Positions 7,082 to 10,149 of a DNA stretch of 10,149 nucleotides are shown piece after piece. The position numbers were made by a program, and so were the translations under genes. The notes beneath the pieces were generated by a model, which saw only the letters and a program-made list of their open reading frames with translations, had not been told where the DNA came from and did no database searches. Within the stretch, counting starts at the first letter, position 1. Every line of letters begins with the position of its first letter. Source of the stretch: Bdellovibrionales bacterium (lineage in GTDB: Bacteria; Bdellovibrionota; Bdellovibrionia; Bdellovibrionales; UBA1609); NCBI GenBank assembly GCA_050246815.1, contig JBFWVI010000080.1:1-10149 (forward strand), given 5' to 3'.

Positions 7082-7166
7082 AGAACGCGAAATCGTTCAC
7101 ATATTCCTAAAAACACTGCTTGGCCTAGCCCGGAGTGGGGTTTAAGGAGAGGGTGAGCGTTTAAAG

Positions 7167-7195
7167 TCGCCCCTGACAGAATAGAATTCTACAAT
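7167..7195 (+). promoter_or_regulatory. Possible sigma70-type promoter for clpPX
   Basis: -10 TACAAT (7190-7195) with a weak -35 TCGCCC (7167-7172) at 17 nt spacing; alternative -10 TAGAAT at 7182-7187. Confidence 0.3.
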
Positions 7196-7228
7196 CGAAT
7201 CAAGTGTTTCCTTCCTAGGAGAGCAGTT

Positions 7229-7837
7229 GTGAGTTTGATCCCCATCGTCATCGAGCAGACACCCAAAGGCGAGCGCAGCTATGATATCTACTCGCGCTTA
7301 TTGAAAGACCGCATCATCATCTTAGGCACTCCGGTGACCGATGAAGTGGCCAATTCAATCATCGCGCAGATGTTTTTTCTTGAGATGGAAAACCCAGAAA
7401 AAGACATTCACCTCTACATCAACTCGCCTGGCGGCAGCGTCAGCGCTGGTTTGGCGATTTATGACATCATGCAATTCGTAAAATGTGAGGTGAGCACCTA
7501 TTGCATTGGTCAGGCGGCGAGTATGGGCTCGCTTTTGCTTTGTGCGGGCACGGCGGGAAAACGATTTGTGTTGCCGCACGCGCGCGTCATGATTCACCAG
7601 CCACACATTATGGGTGGCGGCATCACGGGTCAGGTGACGGATATCGAAATCCACGCCCGCGAAATGGCCAACACGAAGCGCAAATTGACCGAGATCTATG
7701 TAAAACATACCGGCAAGAACTTCGACCTACTCACCAATAGCATGGAGCGGGATAATTATATGGACGCCGAACAGGCAAGGGAGTTCGGTCTTGTGGATAA
7801 AGTTGTTGAACATCGTAAATCCGTGAAAAAAGGCTAA
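7229..7837 (+). CDS. clpP: ATP-dependent Clp protease proteolytic subunit
   Basis: [23 protein letters not shown], catalytic Ser in GQAASMG, His in MIHQP, Asp in ERDNY. GTG start with SD AGGAGA at 7217-7222. Confidence 0.98.
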   Translation: MSLIPIVIEQTPKGERSYDIYSRLLKDRIIILGTPVTDEVANSIIAQMFFLEMENPEKDIHLYINSPGGSVSAGLAIYDIMQFVKCEVSTYCIGQAASMGSLLLCAGTAGKRFVLPHARVMIHQPHIMGGGITGQVTDIEIHAREMANTKRKLTEIYVKHTGKNFDLLTNSMERDNYMDAEQAREFGLVDKVVEHRKSVKKG

Positions 7838-7839
7838 GC

Positions 7840-9165
7840 ATGAGCAAGCGCGAAAACGGAACCACTTCGGCAACCAGCAACAACTACGGCACTCTTTTGT
7901 GCAGTTTTTGCGGCAAAAGCCAAAAAGAAGTTAAAAAGCTGATCGCGGGTCCTGGTGTTTACATCTGCGATGAATGTATCGAGCTTTGCAATGACATCAT
8001 CGCCGAAGAGCGCGAACGTGAAGAAAACACCAAGCCGTCCCTGAAGGTTCCAAAGCCTTTGGATATCAAAAACTTCCTGGACGATTATGTGATTGGCCAA
8101 GAGCGCGCCAAAAAATCTTTATCTGTGGCCGTTCATAATCACTACAAACGTATCAACAACCTGAAGCATCGTAAAAAAGACGAAGTCGAAATCGCCAAAA
8201 GCAACATTTTGCTGATTGGTCCCACGGGTTCGGGCAAAACGCTATTGGCCCAAACCATCGCGAAGATCTTAAATGTTCCGTTTGCCATGGCCGATGCCAC
8301 AGCGTTGACCGAGGCCGGCTATGTGGGTGAAGACGTAGAAAATGTCGTTCTGAACTTGCTCCAGGCTGCGGACTACGACATTGAGCGGGCGCAAAAAGGA
8401 GTGATCTACATCGACGAAATCGACAAGATTTCTCGTAAATCCGAAAATCCCTCGATCACCCGCGATGTCAGTGGCGAAGGTGTGCAGCAAGCGTTATTGA
8501 AAATTCTTGAAGGAACCGTGGCGAATTTACCACCCAAAGGCGGTCGCAAGCATCCGCAGCAAGAATTTATCCAAGTCGACACGACCAATATCTTGTTCAT
8601 CTGCGGCGGCGCGTTCGTCGGTCTGGAAAAGATCATCGAAAACCGCATTTCGCAACGCTCATTGGGCATTGCGGCTGACATCAAAACGCAAGAAGAGCGT
8701 CGTGGAGTTGAAAGTCTTTTGCACAAACTGGAGCCCGACGATTTGAACCGCTTTGGTTTAATCCCTGAATTCATTGGCCGTTTACCGGTTATGGCGGTGC
8801 TGGATCAGTTGGATGAGGCGGCCCTGATCGACATCTTGGTCAAACCGAAAAACGCGCTCACCAAACAGTATCAAAAGCTGTTTAGCTTCGAGGACGTGAA
8901 TTTGGTGTTTGAAGATGCGGCCCTTAAAGCCATCGCCCAAGAGGCCATTAAGCGCAACACGGGTGCCCGTGGCTTACGCGGCGTGATCGAAACCGCCATG
9001 CTCGACATTATGTTCGAAATTCCATCTAAATCGAACGTTAAAGAATGTGTGATCACGGCCGATGTGATTGCCGGTAGCGCAAAACCGCAGTTGGTTTACG
9101 GTCGCGAGGCCAAGCCGGGCGAAGAGGGCAGCACTCCCACCGATGACTCCGCAGAATCGGCTTAA
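7840..9165 (+). CDS. clpX: ATP-dependent Clp protease ATP-binding subunit
   Basis: C4 zinc-binding domain CSFC...CDEC, Walker A GPTGSGKT, pore loop GYVG, Walker [12 protein letters not shown] loop, and TGARGLR. Confidence 0.99.
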   Translation: MSKRENGTTSATSNNYGTLLCSFCGKSQKEVKKLIAGPGVYICDECIELCNDIIAEEREREENTKPSLKVPKPLDIKNFLDDYVIGQERAKKSLSVAVHNHYKRINNLKHRKKDEVEIAKSNILLIGPTGSGKTLLAQTIAKILNVPFAMADATALTEAGYVGEDVENVVLNLLQAADYDIERAQKGVIYIDEIDKISRKSENPSITRDVSGEGVQQALLKILEGTVANLPPKGGRKHPQQEFIQVDTTNILFICGGAFVGLEKIIENRISQRSLGIAADIKTQEERRGVESLLHKLEPDDLNRFGLIPEFIGRLPVMAVLDQLDEAALIDILVKPKNALTKQYQKLFSFEDVNLVFEDAALKAIAQEAIKRNTGARGLRGVIETAMLDIMFEIPSKSNVKECVITADVIAGSAKPQLVYGREAKPGEEGSTPTDDSAESA

Positions 9166-9170
9166 ATTGC

Positions 9171-9196
9171 AAAAGGGCCTCAGCCGAGGCCCTTTT
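9171..9196 (+). terminator. Intrinsic terminator after clpX, possibly bidirectional
   Basis: Perfect 11-bp inverted repeat AAAAGGGCCTC-agcc-GAGGCCCTTTT starting 5 nt after the clpX stop. Confidence 0.8.
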
Positions 9197-9297
9197 ATCA
9201 ACCCTTGCTTCCAACAAAAATTTTGCTTAAACATATTAACCGTTTTTCTAGGTCTAGGCCGGTCCTTGGCTTGCAATTTGATTAACCTATTCCGTCT

Positions 9298-9326
9298 TTG
9301 ACTGGGACGCCCTTTGGATCCAAAAT
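9298..9326 (+). promoter_or_regulatory. Putative sigma70-type promoter for lon
   Basis: TTGACT (9298-9303)-N17-CAAAAT (9321-9326), 53 nt upstream of the lon ATG and downstream of the clpX terminator. Confidence 0.5.
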
Positions 9327-9379
9327 GGCATTAGGTGACCGCTAGAGTCGCCACGGTCTTTAGGCAAAAGGAGTTTGCG

Positions 9380-10149
9380 ATGGCTGATTCAACTCTGCAA
9401 AAACAGAAACTGCCGCTGCTACCGCTTCGCGATTTGATTATTTTCCCGCATATGATGATGCCGCTTTTTGTCGGCCGCGAGAAAAGCATCAACGCTCTTG
9501 AAGAAGCGATGAGCAAACAGACCGATATAGTTTTGGCTGCGCAAAAAGATGCCAAGACCAACTCACCCGAGCCCAAAGACATTTACACGGTGGGTACGGT
9601 GGGCACCATCATTCAGCTGTTGCGACTGCCTGATGGCACAGTGAAAGTTTTGGTGGAGGGCAAAAAACGCGTCAAGATCATGGAGTTTCATGATCAAGAT
9701 TCTTTTTTCCAAGTGGAAGTCGAAGAGCTACCTGAAGCGGTTGTGAATGAAACCGAAGCCAAAGCGCTGATGCGCTCGGTGAAATCGACCTTCGAGACCT
9801 ATGTGAAGTTGAACAAGCGCATCCCTCCCGAAATTTTGATGCGCGTGTCGACGATTGAAGAGCCAGGTGAATTGGCCGACATCATCGTCGCACAATTGAA
9901 CCTGAAGCTTGAAGACAAGCAGCGCATACTTGAAGTGATCGATCCGACGAAGCGACTGGAAGAGCTTTTGAACCTGATGACCAGCGAGATCGAAATTCTT
10001 GAAGTCGAGAAAAAGATCCGCAATCGCGTCAAGAAGCAGATGGAAAAGTCGCAAAAAGAGTACTACCTGAACGAGCAAATGCAGGCGATCCAAAAAGAGC
10101 TGGGTGAAAAAGACGACTACCAACAAGAATTGATGGAACTGGAAGAGCG
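9380..10149 (+). CDS. lon: Lon (La) ATP-dependent protease, N-terminal part; runs off the window end
   Basis: Manual translation from ATG 9380 (SD AAGGAG 9368-9373): [44 protein letters not shown]...[16 protein letters not shown]...[26 protein letters not shown]. The frame is open to the end of the window, and the position after clpX is canonical. Confidence 0.98.
   Translation, partial: MADSTLQKQKLPLLPLRDLIIFPHMMMPLFVGREKSINALEEAMSKQTDIVLAAQKDAKTNSPEPKDIYTVGTVGTIIQLLRLPDGTVKVLVEGKKRVKIMEFHDQDSFFQVEVEELPEAVVNETEAKALMRSVKSTFETYVKLNKRIPPEILMRVSTIEEPGELADIIVAQLNLKLEDKQRILEVIDPTKRLEELLNLMTSEIEILEVEKKIRNRVKKQMEKSQKEYYLNEQMQAIQKELGEKDDYQQELMELEE

Noticed and set aside
6985..7116. 44-aa N-terminal extension of PepA in the ORF track
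   Set aside because: ATG 6984 has a good SD and gives a normal M17 length; the extension runs through promoter-like DNA.
7144..7164. Minigene AAGGAG-agg-GTG AGC GTT TAA upstream of clpP
   Set aside because: SD-to-start spacing is only 3 nt, and it lies upstream of the likely clpP -10 element.
9227..9240. TTAA-N5-TTAAC resembling a CtrA box
   Set aside because: CtrA needs N7 spacing; this is likely just AT-rich intergenic sequence.
9325..9353. CIRCE-like or sigma32 heat-shock element before lon
   Set aside because: Arms and spacing do not fit TTAGCACTC-N9-GAGTGCTAA, and I found no correctly spaced CCCCAT -10.
320..10126. Many 60-130 aa antisense or alternate-frame ORFs, e.g. 3953-4312, 8406-8774, 9331-9582, 9728-10126
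   Set aside because: They overlap well-supported genes, lack recognisable motifs, and look like shadow ORFs.

Overview
Gene-dense housekeeping-type region. Protein style and a sigma28-like promoter suggest a Bdellovibrionales-like or deltaproteobacterial genome (inference). The left half (1-4717, +) is a tightly coupled operon: two ArsA/Get3-family ATPases (the first cut by the window edge), a TPR-like lipoprotein, an EI24/CysZ-family membrane protein and an ATP-grasp-type glutamate-cysteine ligase (gshA). Next is a membrane-anchored hypothetical gene behind a near-consensus sigma28 (FliA) promoter, converging on leucyl aminopeptidase pepA (-). Divergent from pepA lie clpP-clpX, an intrinsic terminator and the 5' part of lon, which the ORF track misses. 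No tig gene directly precedes clpP. I found no mobile elements, CRISPR arrays or RNA genes. The best candidate for an undescribed system is the five-gene ArsA-pair/lipoprotein/CysZ/GshA module.
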